From Ferrimonas sp. (lineage in GTDB: Bacteria; Pseudomonadota; Gammaproteobacteria; Enterobacterales; Shewanellaceae): 64,000 bases of DNA. A program made the translations under genes and the position numbers. Where the stretch lies: contig JAWXTX010000001.1 in assembly GCA_044433165.1 (NCBI GenBank), positions 8,685 to 72,684 of the forward strand. Reading direction: 5' to 3'. Below, in pieces: positions 38,678-52,300 of the stretch (position 1 is the first letter of the stretch; each line of letters opens with the position of its first letter). The notes below the pieces were generated by a model. The model did no database searches, was not told the DNA's origin, and was given only the letters and a program-made list of their open reading frames with translations.

Positions 38678-39364
38678 TTAGTTGCGGTGGGAATTGCGGC
38701 AAAATGGCTTTGTGGGGGTGTCCGTTTTCGCGTCGTAAAGGCGCTGCTCGCAAATATAAGCCGCTACTGGGGGCGGTAAGTCCATTAAGCGGGAGTGGTC
38801 TGGTTGCTGCAGTTGTTGCCGAAGCGTGCTGGAAGCCACGTCGAATAAAGGGGCATCCACCAAGAATATTGCGCCATGGGGCTGCTGTTGTAATTGTGCT
38901 GCGCAGGTGATCTGATGGCGCGCTAATAAATCGCTTACCGCTCCATCATTGGGCAGTGTGTAGCCTGGCCGTGGGCACACCAAAAGGTGGCATAACGCTA
39001 AAATTTGCTGAGGTTGATGCCACTGGGGAAAGCTAAGGAGCGAGTCCATGCCAATAATAAAATAGAGTTGGCGCTGGGGCTGCTCAGCGCGCATTTCCGC
39101 TAAGGTATCGACGGTATAAGAGTGGCCTGCCCGCGCTAATTCACGGCCGTCTACAGACAACTGAGGGTAGGGGGCACAGGCCAATTCCACCATGGCCAAT
39201 CGCTGTTGAGGGCTTACGCCTGGGGTGGCTTTGTGCGGGGGCAGTGCATTCGGCAGCAGCGCGACTTGGTCGAGCTGCATCTGTTTGGCGACGGCAAGCG
39301 CGCATTGCAAATGCCCGTTGTGAATGGGATCGAACGTGCCGCCTAATAATCCTAACCGCTGCAT
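38678..39364 (-). CDS. nadD: Nicotinate-nucleotide adenylyltransferase NadD
   Basis: GLLGGTFDPIHNGHL (HxGH motif) is present in an rsfS-nadD-holA context. A short C-terminal extension follows the conserved ...YICEQRLY end. Confidence 0.9.
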   Translation of the reverse strand: MQRLGLLGGTFDPIHNGHLQCALAVAKQMQLDQVALLPNALPPHKATPGVSPQQRLAMVELACAPYPQLSVDGRELARAGHSYTVDTLAEMRAEQPQRQLYFIIGMDSLLSFPQWHQPQQILALCHLLVCPRPGYTLPNDGAVSDLLARHQITCAAQLQQQPHGAIFLVDAPLFDVASSTLRQQLQQPDHSRLMDLPPPVAAYICEQRLYDAKTDTPTKPFCRNSHRN

Positions 39365-39384
39365 GTCGGCGCTCCTTGGTGTTC

Positions 39385-40431
39385 CTAGTCGAAGAGGCTC
39401 TGTGGCATGGGTTGATATTGGCCATTAAAACGGGCGCATAAATCCGCCAACCGCAGCCACGCTTCCTGAGACGTGGCGCCATCGAGTTTTAAGGCTTGTT
39501 CAAATTGGCCAACCATGGCGAACGCGCCCGCAACTTGAGTGAGCGATAATCGATTCAATGCACCTTGGTAAAGCGGTGCTTTAGCTGGCCACACTTTTTC
39601 AGCCTTTAGCGACTCTGCGGCGCTGCGGCCTTGTTGCAGATGTTCATGTAAGCGACACAGCAGTTGCAATTCACGGCCAATGGCCCACGCCATTAGGGTG
39701 GGCGCGGTGTCTTCTAATTGCAGTTGGTTGAGCATCTTGATGGCGACAGCGTCTTGCCCTGCCAGTAAGGCGTCGGTCAGTTGATAAACGCTGTAGCGGC
39801 TTTGATCTGCCAGCAGCTGTGTGAGCTCATCCAAGGTTAATGGCTGCTCTGCGCTGAGTAACCCCAATTGCGCCATGGTTTGATCCGCCGCCAGCAAATT
39901 GCCTTCAAACATGCGGCCAAGTAGCTCAAATCCCGCGCTGGGTAATTGCAATTGGTGGTGTTGGGCGCGCTCTTTTAGCCAGCGCTGGTAATGTACCCCT
40001 TCAGGGGTTAATGCTTGCACATATAACCCTACCTTTTCTAAGGCTTTAAGCCATTTGCTGTTGCTGTGTTCTCGTCCGGGTTTGGGGCCATGCAGCAGGA
40101 AATAGGTGTCTTGTTGTTGACTTAATTGCTCGGCGATCGTCACTAAGGCCGCCGCACCTTCGGTGCCCGGCTTTAAACTTGGTAATTCCAATTCAATTAA
40201 ACGGCGGCTGGCAAACAGCGAGAGCGATTGCGCCTCTTGCAGCAATTGGGACCAATCAAACGGCGAGGTTTGCACTAACGACAAACGCTCTTCCACGCCC
40301 TCTTTTTGCATTAATTGCTGACGTACCTGTTCGCGGCAGCTTTCGCGGATGAGCACATCATCCCCAAAAACCAGCACAATGGTGGGTAACTTGGGCAGGA
40401 ATTGAGCCAGTTTGCTCGCATAAATCTTCAT
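39385..40431 (-). CDS. holA: DNA polymerase III delta subunit
   Basis: 348 aa, colinear with HolA and positioned between lptE and nadD as in E. coli. Confidence 0.9.
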   Translation of the reverse strand: MKIYASKLAQFLPKLPTIVLVFGDDVLIRESCREQVRQQLMQKEGVEERLSLVQTSPFDWSQLLQEAQSLSLFASRRLIELELPSLKPGTEGAAALVTIAEQLSQQQDTYFLLHGPKPGREHSNSKWLKALEKVGLYVQALTPEGVHYQRWLKERAQHHQLQLPSAGFELLGRMFEGNLLAADQTMAQLGLLSAEQPLTLDELTQLLADQSRYSVYQLTDALLAGQDAVAIKMLNQLQLEDTAPTLMAWAIGRELQLLCRLHEHLQQGRSAAESLKAEKVWPAKAPLYQGALNRLSLTQVAGAFAMVGQFEQALKLDGATSQEAWLRLADLCARFNGQYQPMPQSLFD

Positions 40432-40558
40432 GGGTACTCAGCTTCTGATACGCAGGCGGTCAGCGTTTGGCTGGCGCCGTAGTGCCGCTTTTCTTTGCTG
40501 CCATAAGCCCGATGAACAGCCATAAAAACGATGATAACGGGCTTGCCAGCAAAGGGGG

Positions 40559-41098
40559 TTATGGCTGTGAATTTAACCGGTAGCTGGCTTCTACGGCTTC
40601 ATTGGTGATTTGGATGGTCGCCAGATGGCGTAAAATCCGCTCAGAGGCGCTGCGGCGCATCCCTTTTAAGAGATCTTCGAGCTCCCGATTTTTGGCCAAG
40701 GCCGTGCGGGGATCATCCAAATAGCTGCGGCGTACTTCAATGGCAAAAGGCTGTGCCTCTTGCGTTGGCACCTTCACGTAAAAGGCAACAGAATAGATAA
40801 GCTCATATTCGGCTACTTGGCCTGAAGGGAACAGCGATAGGGTGCTGCGCTCTAAGCGGTCGTCATAGAGCCAGATTAAAGGCGTTTGTTCATCTGCCAC
40901 TACTTGAACGTTATGCAAGCGTAGGTTTTCTTGTAACAGCCGGTGCAATTCACCATATTGGTCATTACTTTGCAGTTGCACGTGCTTGAGTAATTCTGGG
41001 TATTGGTATTGCCCCTGTAAGCGAAAACCACAACCGCTCAGCAAGCTTGAGCTTAGTGCGATTATGGCAATCAATAGGGCGCTCAGAAGGCGTGTCAT
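40559..41098 (-). CDS. lptE: LPS-assembly lipoprotein LptE
   Basis: Lipobox LLSGC|GFRLQG is present. The product is 179 aa and lies downstream of leuS. Confidence 0.85.
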   Translation of the reverse strand: MTRLLSALLIAIIALSSSLLSGCGFRLQGQYQYPELLKHVQLQSNDQYGELHRLLQENLRLHNVQVVADEQTPLIWLYDDRLERSTLSLFPSGQVAEYELIYSVAFYVKVPTQEAQPFAIEVRRSYLDDPRTALAKNRELEDLLKGMRRSASERILRHLATIQITNEAVEASYRLNSQP

Positions 41099-41237
41099 TC
41101 CCTGCCTCTCCTGCAGTTATCAAAGGGTGTTCGGTTCAAACGATGGTTTTGAGGGCGGTGGCCCCCTCTCAAAACTATCGGCTGAAATGGGCTTGAAAGT
41201 GCGCTCAACGAGGTGGTCGTTGAGCGCATAAGTTCGA

Positions 41238-43817
41238 TCAGTTGGCGACGATGTTCAGCAGTTTACCCGGGACATAAATGACTTTACGTACCGTTAGTGC
41301 ATCAATGAATTTTGTGACGTTTTCATCCGCCATAGCCATGGCCTCGACGTGCTCTTTGGTGGCATCGGCTGCCACGGTTAAGCGTGCCCGTAATTTGCCA
41401 TTTACCTGCACAATAATCAGTTTTTGATCTTCCACCAGCGCGCTTTCATCCACGGCTGGGAAGGATGCGTCGTCGATGGTTTCTGCGTGCCCCAGTGCTT
41501 GGTGCAGCGCAAAACTGGTGTGTGGAATAATGGGGTAGAGCATGATTACCACCGCCGTTAAGGCTTCTTGCAGCAGAGCTCGGTCGTTATCGCTTTGCTG
41601 CGGTGCTTTGGTCAGCTTGTTCATCAACTCCATAACCGCAGCAATCGCAGTATTGAAGGTTTGACGGCGGCCATAATCGTCGTTCACCTTGGCGATGGTT
41701 TGGTGCAAGGCGCGTCGCAGATCTTTTTGCTCAGGCGTTAAATTGGCCAGATCCAATGCTGGCGCGGTGCCTTTGGCTACGTGGTCAAAGGCCAATTTCC
41801 ACAAACGCTTAATGAAGCGATGGGCGCCTTCTACGCCAGACTCTAACCACTCTAAGGTTAATTCTGGTGGCGCGGCAAACATGGTAAACAAACGCACGGT
41901 ATCCGCGCCGTATTTCTCCACCATTTGCTGTGGATCGATGCCGTTGTTTTTAGACTTGGACATCTTGGTCATGCCGGTGTGTACCAGTTCACGCCCTTCT
42001 GGATCGGTGGCTTTGGTGATGTTGCCTTTGCCGTCGCGTTCTAAGGTTACATCAACAGGAGAAATCCAGATCCGTTGGCCATTGTCGCCCAAATAGTAGA
42101 ACGCATCGGCCAGCACCATGCCTTGACACAAGAGGCGCTTAGCTGGCTCATCACTGTCCACCAAACCGGCATCGCGCAGTAATTTATGGAAGAAGCGGAA
42201 ATACAGCAAGTGCATGTTGGCGTGTTCAATGCCGCCAATGTATTGATCCACAGGGAGCCAGTGATTGGCGCGCGCTGGATCAACCATGCCGGTATCACAG
42301 CCGGGGCTGGTGTAACGCGCGTAATACCAAGACGATTCCATAAAGGTATCGAAAGTATCGGTTTCACGCAGCGCCGGTACCCCGTTAATAGTGGTTTGCG
42401 CCCACGCCTTATCGGCCTTAATGGGGCTAGTCACGCCATCCATAACCACATCTTCAGGTAGAATAACGGGCAGTTGATCTGCCGGTACAATGACCTGCTC
42501 ACCGCTTTCTAAAGTGGCCATTGGGATGGGCGCGCCCCAGTAACGTTGGCGAGAAACGCCCCAATCTCGTAGACGGAAATTGGTGGTTTTCTTGCCTTTG
42601 CCCTCGGTCACTAATTTGGCGGCGATGGCATCAAATGCGGCCGCAAAATCCAGTCCATCAAATTCATCAGAGTTGAACAGGGTGCCTTTGTCGGTATAGG
42701 CCGCGGCTGTGATGTCCAGCTCGCCTTCTAGTGGCTTGATCACAGGGGTGATCTCTAAACCGTATTTGGTGGCGAATTCGTAATCGCGCTGATCGTGCGC
42801 AGGCACCGCCATCACCGCACCGGTGCCGTAGCCCATTAACACGAAGTTAGCGACGAAAATCGGCACGCGTTTACCCGATAGGGGGTGAACCGCATACAGG
42901 CCAGTGGCCATGCCTTTTTTCTCCATGGTGGCCAGCTCGGCTTCGGCTACCTTGGTGTTTTTACATTCTTCAATGAAGGCCGCCAGCGCTGGGTTGTGCT
43001 GAGCCGCTTGCTGTGCCAATGGGTGGCCTGCGGCGATCCCCACATAAGTTACGCCCATTAAGGTATCTGGACGGGTGGTGTAAATATCAAACTGCTGATC
43101 GCTGTCGGCAACCGCAAAGGTCATTTCTACCCCTTCGGAGCGGCCAATCCAGTTGCGTTGCATGGTTTTAACCATTTCTGGCCAGCCTTGCAGTTGGTCC
43201 ATGTCGCTCAACAATTGCTCTGCGTAATCAGTAATGCGAATAAACCATTGTGGGATCTCTTTTTGTACCACTGGGCTATCACAGCGCCAGCAGCAGCCAT
43301 CAACCACTTGCTCGTTGGCTAAGACGGTTTGGTCGTTTTCACACCAGTTTACCGAGGCGGTTTTTTTGTAAACCAAGCCTTTTTCAAATAATTGGGTGAA
43401 AAACCATTGTTCCCAACGGTAATAATCGGGTTTACAGGTGGCCAGCTCGCGCGTCCAATCGAAGCCAAAACCCAGCATATTCAGCTGGTTTTTCATGTAT
43501 TCGATGTTGTCGTATGTCCATGGCGCTGGGGCGGTTTTGTTTTTGATGGCCGCGTTTTCTGCAGGCAAGCCGAAGGCATCCCAACCCATTGGTTGCATTA
43601 CGTTTTTACCAAGCAAACGTTGGTAACGGCTGATTACGTCGCCAATGGTGTAGTTCCGTACGTGGCCCATATGCAGGTGGCCAGAGGGGTAAGGAAACAT
43701 CGACAAACAGTAGAATTTTTCTTTGCCTTCAATCTCTTTGGCGACAAAGGTGTTTGCGTTTTGCCAGTGCTGCTGCACTTGCGGTTCGATTTGTGCTGGG
43801 TTGTATTGCTCTTGCAT
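41238..43817 (-). CDS. leuS: Leucine--tRNA ligase
   Basis: Start was trimmed to ATG 43817 ([19 protein letters not shown]), giving 859 aa. HIGH ([12 protein letters not shown]) and KMSKS motifs are present. Confidence 0.97.
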   Translation of the reverse strand: MQEQYNPAQIEPQVQQHWQNANTFVAKEIEGKEKFYCLSMFPYPSGHLHMGHVRNYTIGDVISRYQRLLGKNVMQPMGWDAFGLPAENAAIKNKTAPAPWTYDNIEYMKNQLNMLGFGFDWTRELATCKPDYYRWEQWFFTQLFEKGLVYKKTASVNWCENDQTVLANEQVVDGCCWRCDSPVVQKEIPQWFIRITDYAEQLLSDMDQLQGWPEMVKTMQRNWIGRSEGVEMTFAVADSDQQFDIYTTRPDTLMGVTYVGIAAGHPLAQQAAQHNPALAAFIEECKNTKVAEAELATMEKKGMATGLYAVHPLSGKRVPIFVANFVLMGYGTGAVMAVPAHDQRDYEFATKYGLEITPVIKPLEGELDITAAAYTDKGTLFNSDEFDGLDFAAAFDAIAAKLVTEGKGKKTTNFRLRDWGVSRQRYWGAPIPMATLESGEQVIVPADQLPVILPEDVVMDGVTSPIKADKAWAQTTINGVPALRETDTFDTFMESSWYYARYTSPGCDTGMVDPARANHWLPVDQYIGGIEHANMHLLYFRFFHKLLRDAGLVDSDEPAKRLLCQGMVLADAFYYLGDNGQRIWISPVDVTLERDGKGNITKATDPEGRELVHTGMTKMSKSKNNGIDPQQMVEKYGADTVRLFTMFAAPPELTLEWLESGVEGAHRFIKRLWKLAFDHVAKGTAPALDLANLTPEQKDLRRALHQTIAKVNDDYGRRQTFNTAIAAVMELMNKLTKAPQQSDNDRALLQEALTAVVIMLYPIIPHTSFALHQALGHAETIDDASFPAVDESALVEDQKLIIVQVNGKLRARLTVAADATKEHVEAMAMADENVTKFIDALTVRKVIYVPGKLLNIVAN

Positions 43818-43956
43818 CGACACGGTGAGAGTCCAACTTGAATTTTTGATTTCAGGCAGGGAATGGCCCATAAAGATCTGCATAGAATACCGTACAACGG
43901 CCATCAGCAACACCCTAGCGATCCGGACGATGGCAACATAAAAAGAGGCATAGGCC

Positions 43957-44466
43957 ATGAAAAGTGATAATGATTTGCTGATCCACAAATACGAAAGCCT
44001 GTTGCAAGAGATGGAAAAGCGCTACCGTGCTGATCCTGATCTGACCTTAAATCAACTGGATGATGTGTTGCAAAACAGCAAGCCGTATCTGGTATTAAAT
44101 CAAGAACTCAGTCGCGCCGAAATGGCGTTGGTGGCGCAATTTTTACGCCGTGACTTGGTGCATTACGCTGAGCGCTATGCCCAAGAGCAGTTTGAAAGCG
44201 AAGGCGATAGCCTGTTTACATTGAGTTTGGAAAATACCGTGTGGCGCTGGCTTGGCACCATTACCGATCGCAGCCAATTAGAGTGGCATGAGCTTGGGCA
44301 AGATCTAAAGCACCAGGGTACCTATGAGGCGGGAGAGATTGTCGGTCTGGGTGAGCTGGTGTGTGATAATTGCCAAGCGGTGATGCATTTTTATCATCCT
44401 ACGCGTTTGCCCGCGTGCACTGAATGCGATGGGGTGTTGTTTTCACGTCGCGCGTTGGCGCCGTAA
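43957..44466 (+). CDS. ybeL: Zinc-ribbon protein of the YbeL/DUF1451 family
   Basis: 169 aa, divergent from leuS as in E. coli. A C-terminal CDNC...CTEC zinc ribbon is present. Confidence 0.75.
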   Translation: MKSDNDLLIHKYESLLQEMEKRYRADPDLTLNQLDDVLQNSKPYLVLNQELSRAEMALVAQFLRRDLVHYAERYAQEQFESEGDSLFTLSLENTVWRWLGTITDRSQLEWHELGQDLKHQGTYEAGEIVGLGELVCDNCQAVMHFYHPTRLPACTECDGVLFSRRALAP

Positions 44467-44488
44467 GCGCAAAGTGCACTTACGGCTA

Positions 44489-44528
44489 GGGATCCCACCG
44501 CCACGCTGCTGCGCGGTGGTGGGATCGC
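44489..44528. terminator. GC-rich hairpin between convergent ybeL and ettA (terminator or REP-like)
   Basis: gatcccaccgcc...ggtggtgggatc forms an imperfect long stem with no clear U-run. Confidence 0.4.
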
Positions 44529-44532
44529 ACAG

Positions 44533-46197
44533 TTAGTTAATGCGTTTGTATTTAACGCGGTGTGGCTCAGTGATGTCGATCCCTTGCTCTTTTTTCATCC
44601 ACTCGGCGTATTCTTGGAAGTTGCCTTCAAAGAAGTTGTGTTTGCCTTCATCGCGGTAATCCAAGATGTGGGTGGCCACACGGTCGAGGAACCAACGATC
44701 GTGCGAGATCACCATGGCACAGCCAGGGAACTCCAGCAGAGCGTTTTCCAAGGCGCGCAGGGTTTCAATATCCAGATCGTTAGTGGGCTCATCCAACAGC
44801 AATAAGTTACCGCCAGCTTGCAGCAGTTTGGCTAAGTGCAAACGGCCGCGTTCACCACCAGAAAGCTCCCCAACCCGTTTTTGTTGATCGACGCCTTTAA
44901 AGTTAAAGCGTGAGACATAAGCGCGGGAGTTGATCTCAAAGTTTCCGATACGCAGGAGATCTTGGCCATCGGCAATCTCTTGGAAAACAGTTTTGCTGTC
45001 GTCCATGTTGTCGCGGAACTGATCCACCGAGGCGATTTGCACGGTTTCACCGAGGGTGATGGTGCCCGAGTCTGGCTGCTCTTTGCCTGAAATCATGCGG
45101 AACAGGGTGGATTTACCGGCACCGTTTGAGCCGATGATCCCAACAATGGCGCCTTTAGGGATGGACAGCGATAAATCGTCGATCAGCACGCGGCCATCGT
45201 AAGACTTACTCAAATTGGTTAATTCCAGCACTTTGTCGCCCAAACGAGGCCCAGGTGGAATAAACAATTCGTTGGTTTCATTGCGTTTTTGGTAGTCGCT
45301 GGTGTTCAGCTCATCAAAGCGAGCCATCCGCGCTTTGGATTTGGCTTGTCGTCCTTTGGGGTTTTGACGCACCCATTCCAGCTCTTTCTCAATGGATTTT
45401 TGGCGCGCTTTTTCTTGAGCTGCTTCTTGCTTTAAGCGCTCATCTTTTTGTTCTAGCCACGAGGAGTAGTTACCCTCCCATGGGATCCCCTCACCTCGGT
45501 CTAGTTCTAAGATCCAACCCGCAGCGTTATCTAAGAAGTAGCGGTCGTGGGTAATGGCCACAACTGTGCCTGGGTATTCCACCAAGAAGCGCTCAAGCCA
45601 CGCCACAGATTCGGCATCCAAGTGGTTGGTGGGTTCGTCCAGCAGCAGCATGTCGGGTTTTTCTAATAACAACCGACACAGTGCCACCCGGCGGCGCTCC
45701 CCCCCAGAAAGCGTGGCGATTTTGGCATCCCACGCGGGCAAACGCATAGCATCGGCCGCCCGCTCTAGCGCGTTGTCGAGGTTATGGCCATCTTTGGCGG
45801 CAATAATGGCTTCTAATTGGCCTTGCTCTTTGGCTAAAGCGTCAAAGTCGGCATCGGGCTCGGCGTAGGCGGTATAAACTTCATCCAAACGCTTTAACGC
45901 ACCTGCCACATCCGCCACGGCTTCTTCAATGGCTTCACGAACGGTTTGCTCTGGGTCCAGCTTTGGTTCCTGTGGCAAATAACCGACGTTAATGCCCGGC
46001 TGTGGCCGCGCTTCCCCTTCAAATTCGGTATCCACGCCAGCCATGATCCGCAATAGGGTGGATTTACCGGCACCGTTTAGGCCCAGTACGCCAATTTTGG
46101 CGCCAGGGAAAAAAGAGAGAGAAATGTCTTTAAGAATATGGCGTTTTGGTGGCACAACTTTGCCAACGCGCAACATGCTGTAGATAAACTGAGCCAT
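44533..46197 (-). CDS. ettA: Energy-dependent translational throttle ABC-F ATPase EttA
   Basis: 554 aa beginning MAQFIYSMLRVGKVVPPKRHILKDISLSFFPGAKIGVLGLNGAGKST. Two ABC cassettes are present. Confidence 0.95.
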   Translation of the reverse strand: MAQFIYSMLRVGKVVPPKRHILKDISLSFFPGAKIGVLGLNGAGKSTLLRIMAGVDTEFEGEARPQPGINVGYLPQEPKLDPEQTVREAIEEAVADVAGALKRLDEVYTAYAEPDADFDALAKEQGQLEAIIAAKDGHNLDNALERAADAMRLPAWDAKIATLSGGERRRVALCRLLLEKPDMLLLDEPTNHLDAESVAWLERFLVEYPGTVVAITHDRYFLDNAAGWILELDRGEGIPWEGNYSSWLEQKDERLKQEAAQEKARQKSIEKELEWVRQNPKGRQAKSKARMARFDELNTSDYQKRNETNELFIPPGPRLGDKVLELTNLSKSYDGRVLIDDLSLSIPKGAIVGIIGSNGAGKSTLFRMISGKEQPDSGTITLGETVQIASVDQFRDNMDDSKTVFQEIADGQDLLRIGNFEINSRAYVSRFNFKGVDQQKRVGELSGGERGRLHLAKLLQAGGNLLLLDEPTNDLDIETLRALENALLEFPGCAMVISHDRWFLDRVATHILDYRDEGKHNFFEGNFQEYAEWMKKEQGIDITEPHRVKYKRIN

Positions 46198-46543
46198 GTG
46201 AAAGGTCGTCTTTTCCGTAAATTGAAAGCGCGAATTTTACCTTATCCACCAACGGATAAGTACTCCCATTTATGGTGATCTTTCGGTCATGATTGGTCGT
46301 TGAAACTTAAGTTGTGAAGCGGCTTTATCTGCCCCTCAATCTTAGGCATGCGCTGTCATCAATTGTCTGATAAGTTGCGATGCACTTGGGCGCCCATTCT
46401 GAGCAAGGTACAATCCGCCGCGCAGCCCATGCGCGGTGTTTATGCTTCAAGGCGCATTTGGCCTAATGAATGCTCGTCCCATCGGGTGCTACGGCATCGA
46501 CACGTTGCCGGCTCGTCTTAGCAGTATTGTCAGGGAGAATAAT

Positions 46544-47800
46544 ATGCTCGAAAAATCAATGAACATTGCCGATTTTGACCCCGAACTGTGGGCGTCGATG
46601 GAAGCGGAGCGTGTGCGTCAAGAGCAACACATTGAGTTGATTGCCTCGGAAAACTACACCAGCCCTCGGGTTTTGGAAGCTCAAGGCTCGCAGCTCACCA
46701 ATAAATACGCAGAAGGGTACCCAGACAAGCGCTATTACGGCGGATGCGAGTATGTGGACATTGCCGAGAAACTGGCCATTAGCCGTGCTTGTGAGCTGTT
46801 TGGCGCCAGCTACGCGAACGTGCAACCTCACTCTGGCTCGCAAGCCAATGCGGCGGTCTTTATGGCGCTGCTGGAGCCGGGTGAAACCGTGTTAGGCATG
46901 AGCTTGGCGCACGGTGGCCATTTAACGCACGGTGCTTCGGTTTCTTTTTCTGGCAAACTGTACCACGCGGTGCAATACGGCATTACCCCAGACACTGGCG
47001 AGATTGATTACGACCAAGTACGTGCGTTGGCGCAGGCGCATCAACCCAAAATGATCATCGCTGGTTTCTCTGCCTATTCGGGCATTGTAGATTGGGCGAA
47101 ATTCCGTGCCATTGCTGACGAAGTGGGGGCCTATCTGTTTGTGGATATGGCCCACGTTGCGGGCTTAGTGGCGGCGGGGGTATACCCCAATCCATTACCG
47201 CATGCTCATGTGGTCACCACCACCACCCACAAAACCTTGGCAGGGCCGCGCGGCGGGTTAATTTTGTCAGCCTGCGGTGATGAAACCATTGAGAAGAAGC
47301 TCAATTCGGCGGTGTTCCCCGGTGGTCAAGGTGGGCCTTTGTGTCATGTTATCGCTGCAAAAGCGGTGGCCTTTAAAGAGGCTTTGCAACCGGAATTTAC
47401 CACTTATCAACAACAGGTGGTGCGTAACGCCCAAACCATGGCCGCGGCCTTTATCGAACGAGGCTATAAAGTGGTTTCAGGTGGTACTCATAACCACCTG
47501 TTTTTACTGGATTTGATTGATAAGGAGATCACCGGTAAAGACGCCGATGCCGCCTTAGGCCGTGCCAATATCACCGTCAATAAAAATTCGGTTCCCAACG
47601 ATCCTCGTAGTCCCTTTGTCACGTCGGGCTTGCGGATTGGCACACCGGCATTAACGCGCCGTGGCATGGGAGAAGCCGAAGCACGTCAGTTGACCGGTTG
47701 GATCTGCGATGTGTTAGACAATTTGGGCGACGCGCAAATCGAAGCGCAGGTAAAGGCGCAAGTGCTGGCGTTGTGTGAGTGCTTCCCTGTGTACGCCTAA
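46544..47800 (+). CDS. glyA: Serine hydroxymethyltransferase
   Basis: Start is at ATG 46544 (RBS gggaga). [22 protein letters not shown] matches the E. coli MLKREMNIADYDAELW start. The [16 protein letters not shown]-lysine motif is present. Confidence 0.97.
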   Translation: MLEKSMNIADFDPELWASMEAERVRQEQHIELIASENYTSPRVLEAQGSQLTNKYAEGYPDKRYYGGCEYVDIAEKLAISRACELFGASYANVQPHSGSQANAAVFMALLEPGETVLGMSLAHGGHLTHGASVSFSGKLYHAVQYGITPDTGEIDYDQVRALAQAHQPKMIIAGFSAYSGIVDWAKFRAIADEVGAYLFVDMAHVAGLVAAGVYPNPLPHAHVVTTTTHKTLAGPRGGLILSACGDETIEKKLNSAVFPGGQGGPLCHVIAAKAVAFKEALQPEFTTYQQQVVRNAQTMAAAFIERGYKVVSGGTHNHLFLLDLIDKEITGKDADAALGRANITVNKNSVPNDPRSPFVTSGLRIGTPALTRRGMGEAEARQLTGWICDVLDNLGDAQIEAQVKAQVLALCECFPVYA

Positions 47801-47862
47801 TCCATCTTTTGTGGGCAGGTGGCGCCCTGTGTGGTTGCCTGCAATATGACGCTTAAGAGGAT

Positions 47863-47894
47863 AAAAAAACGCCCACATCATTGTGGGCGTTTTT
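47863..47894. terminator. Bidirectional intrinsic terminator between glyA and gltD
   Basis: aaaaaaacgcccaca-tcatt-gtgggcgttttt forms a hairpin. Confidence 0.75.
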
Positions 47895-47911
47895 GTGGTT
47901 GTGATGCTTGG

Positions 47912-49348
<1,437 letters not shown>

Positions 49349-52300
49349 CTAGCTGGCCTGCACGGTAATGGTTTGCTGGGTGGATAAGCTCAGCAGTTCT
49401 TGGATCTGGCTGGTTTTGGGTTTCACTAATTTAAAGCGCGGCAGCCAGTGGGTGAGATCCGCCAAGATGTCCGCAGCGCGGGCAGAGCCGGTATTTTCCA
49501 AATGCGCTTGCAGCAATTGCTTTAAATGGTGCTGAACCATCGGCTCGGTAACACTCATCAGCTCCACCAACTCGCCGTTGAGACGCCGTTCAAAATCATT
49601 GTGTTGATCAAAAACATAAGCGAAGCCGCCGGTCATGCCTGCGCCGAAGTTGACCCCCGTTTTCCCTAAGATCACCACCACTCCGCCAGTCATGTATTCA
49701 CAGCCGTTATCACCACAGCCTTCAATGACCGCAACCGCACCAGAGTTGCGTACCGCAAAACGCTCTCCGGCTTGACCTGAGGCAAACAAACGGCCGCCAG
49801 TGGCGCCATACAAACAGGTATTACCGATGATGACCGACTCATGGCTGTCGTAGGCCACCCCTTCAGGGGTACGAACCACCAACTCACCGCCGGTCATCCC
49901 TTTGCCCACATAATCGTTGGCATCACCGGATAGCGTCAGTTTCAAACCACCCACGTTAAACACCCCAAAGCTTTGTCCTGCGGTGCCTTGAAAGTAGAAC
50001 TCAATCGGTGTGGCCGCCATGCCCTGATTACCCCAGCGTTGGGCTATGTGCCCAGATAGGGTGGCTCCAATCGAGCGATCGGTGTTGTTTAGGGTCATGC
50101 AAAATGCACCGCCACTGCCGTTTTGTACCGCTTCTAATGCTAAGGCCAGCATCTGTTGGTTTGCCAGCCCTTGATCATCTGGGTGATTGCGGATGGTGTT
50201 AAACACCGAGGTGCGCTTGGACGCGATGGCGCGATGCATAATCGGCGCGAGATCTAAGCGTTGTTGACGCCCTGTTTGGCCGGGTAACTGACGCAGCCAA
50301 TCGCTGCGGCCAATAATGTGATTAAACTCGGTAACGCCTAATGCCACCAACCATTGGCGTACATCGGCGGCAATAAATTGGAAAAACTGCATCACTTTTT
50401 CTGGGGTGCCATGGTAGTGGCGCTCTCGTAAGCGATTGTCTTGGGTGGCTACCCCAGTGGCGCAATTGTTTAAGTGGCAGATCCGCAAATATTTACAGCC
50501 TAATGCCACCATCGGAGCGGTACCAAAACCAAAACTTTCCGCCCCCAGTAAGGCCCCTTTAATCACATCCAAGCCGGTTTTTAAGCCCCCATCAACCTGC
50601 AACATCACTTTATGGCGCAAGTTGTTCGCCACCAAGGCTTGATGGACTTCCGCCAGCCCCAATTCCCATGGGCTGCCCGCATAATGGATGGAGGTGAGTG
50701 GGCTGGCACCGGTACCACCGTCGTAGCCGGAAACGGTGATCATATCGGCGTTGGCTTTGGCCACACCGCAAGCGATGGTGCCAATGCCCGGTTCGGAAAC
50801 CAGTTTGACTGAGATCCGAGCTTTGGGGTTTATCTGTTTTAAATCAAAGATAAGCTGGGCCAGATCTTCGATGGAGTAAATATCGTGATGTGGTGGTGGT
50901 GAGATCAAGGTGACCCCAGGGCGGCTGTAACGCAACGAGGCAATTTCAGCCGACACTTTATCGCCAGGCAATTGCCCGCCTTCACCGGGTTTGGCCCCTT
51001 GGGCAACTTTAATTTGGATGACATCTGCGCTCATTAAATAGGCGGCAGTTACCCCAAAACGCCCCGAGGCCACCTGTTTAATGCGCGAATTGCCCGGCCC
51101 ATTTAAGCGGCGTGGATCTTCGCCCCCTTCGCCCGAATTGGAGTGGCCACCTAAGCGGTTCATGGCAATGGCCAGCGCTTCGTGCGCTTCTGGGCCTAAA
51201 GCACCCACGCTCATGGCGGCGGTATCAAAGCGCCAAAAGAGTTTTTCTACCCCTTCCACTTGCGTTTCATCAAGAGGCTCCGCCGCGCGGGTATCTACAT
51301 TGAGCAGATCGCGCAAGGTGGCGACTGGGCGCTCATCCACCAAAGTGCGGTAGCGCGCCCATGCCGCCGCGTCTTGATGGTTTACCGCTTGTTGTAGCTG
51401 CTGCACCACATCGGGATTGAAGCAGTGGTATTCGCCACCATGAACAAACTTCAGTAACCCCCCATGTCGTAGCGGCTGATGACGCTGAAATGCGTGTTGG
51501 TGTAACTGCGCTTGATCCGCTTCAATGTCCTCAAAATTCGCGCCTTTAATGCGGTTGGTCACTCCATGGAAACACAGTGCCACCACTTCATCAGCCAAAC
51601 CGATGGCTTCAAAGAGATGGGCACAACGGTAGCTGGCAACCGTGGAAATCCCCATTTTTGAGAGAATTTTAAGCAGTCCTTTATCGAGACCCGTACGGTA
51701 TTTCAGTTGCAGTTCGCGTAATTGATGCCCTTGCTGCTGTTGCTGTGCCAGTGCTGCTAACGACTCGTACGCCAAGTAGGGGTAGATGGCCGTTGCGCCA
51801 AAGCCCAGCAATACCGCAAAGTGGTGTGGATCACGGGCACTGCCGGTTTCCACAATGATGTTGGCATCGCAGCGTAACTGGTTGACCACAAGGTTGCGCT
51901 GCACGGCTCCAACGGCCATGGCTGCTGGGATCAGCAGTTGTTCGGCGCTGATGTGGCGATCCGACAAAATCACCATTGTTGCGCCACCGCTGGCCGCTTG
52001 CTGAGCTTGCAGACAGATCCGTTCGATGGCGGTTTTTAGCCCTTCTTGGGGATCGTAACTGAGGCTGATGAGCTCTGAGCGGAAGTGTTCGTTATCTAAG
52101 CTGCGCAATTGCTGGAAATCGGAATACAGCAGCACGGGCGATTGCAGCAGCACCCGATTGGCAAGGCCATAGGTTTCATTAAAGGGGTTTTGCTCTTTAC
52201 CTATGCAGGTAGAGAGGCTCATGACGTGCCGTTCACGCAATGGATCGATAGGGGGGTTGGTGACTTGGGCAAACTGCTGGCGGAAATAATCATAAAGTGA

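Noticed and set aside
43818-43988. The 57-codon N-terminal extension of leuS, which overlaps the ybeL-like start.
   Set aside because: The internal ATG at 43817 gives the canonical MQEQYNP... LeuS N-terminus. The extension crosses the divergent promoter region.
46198-46543. The long glyA leader with several hairpins, considered as a possible ZTP, THF or glycine riboswitch.
   Set aside because: I could not find the conserved cores of those riboswitch classes, for example the ZTP GGGUCGUGAC...CCGCCUGGGC core. E. coli glyA also has a long leader that is regulated by proteins. An Infernal scan would settle it.
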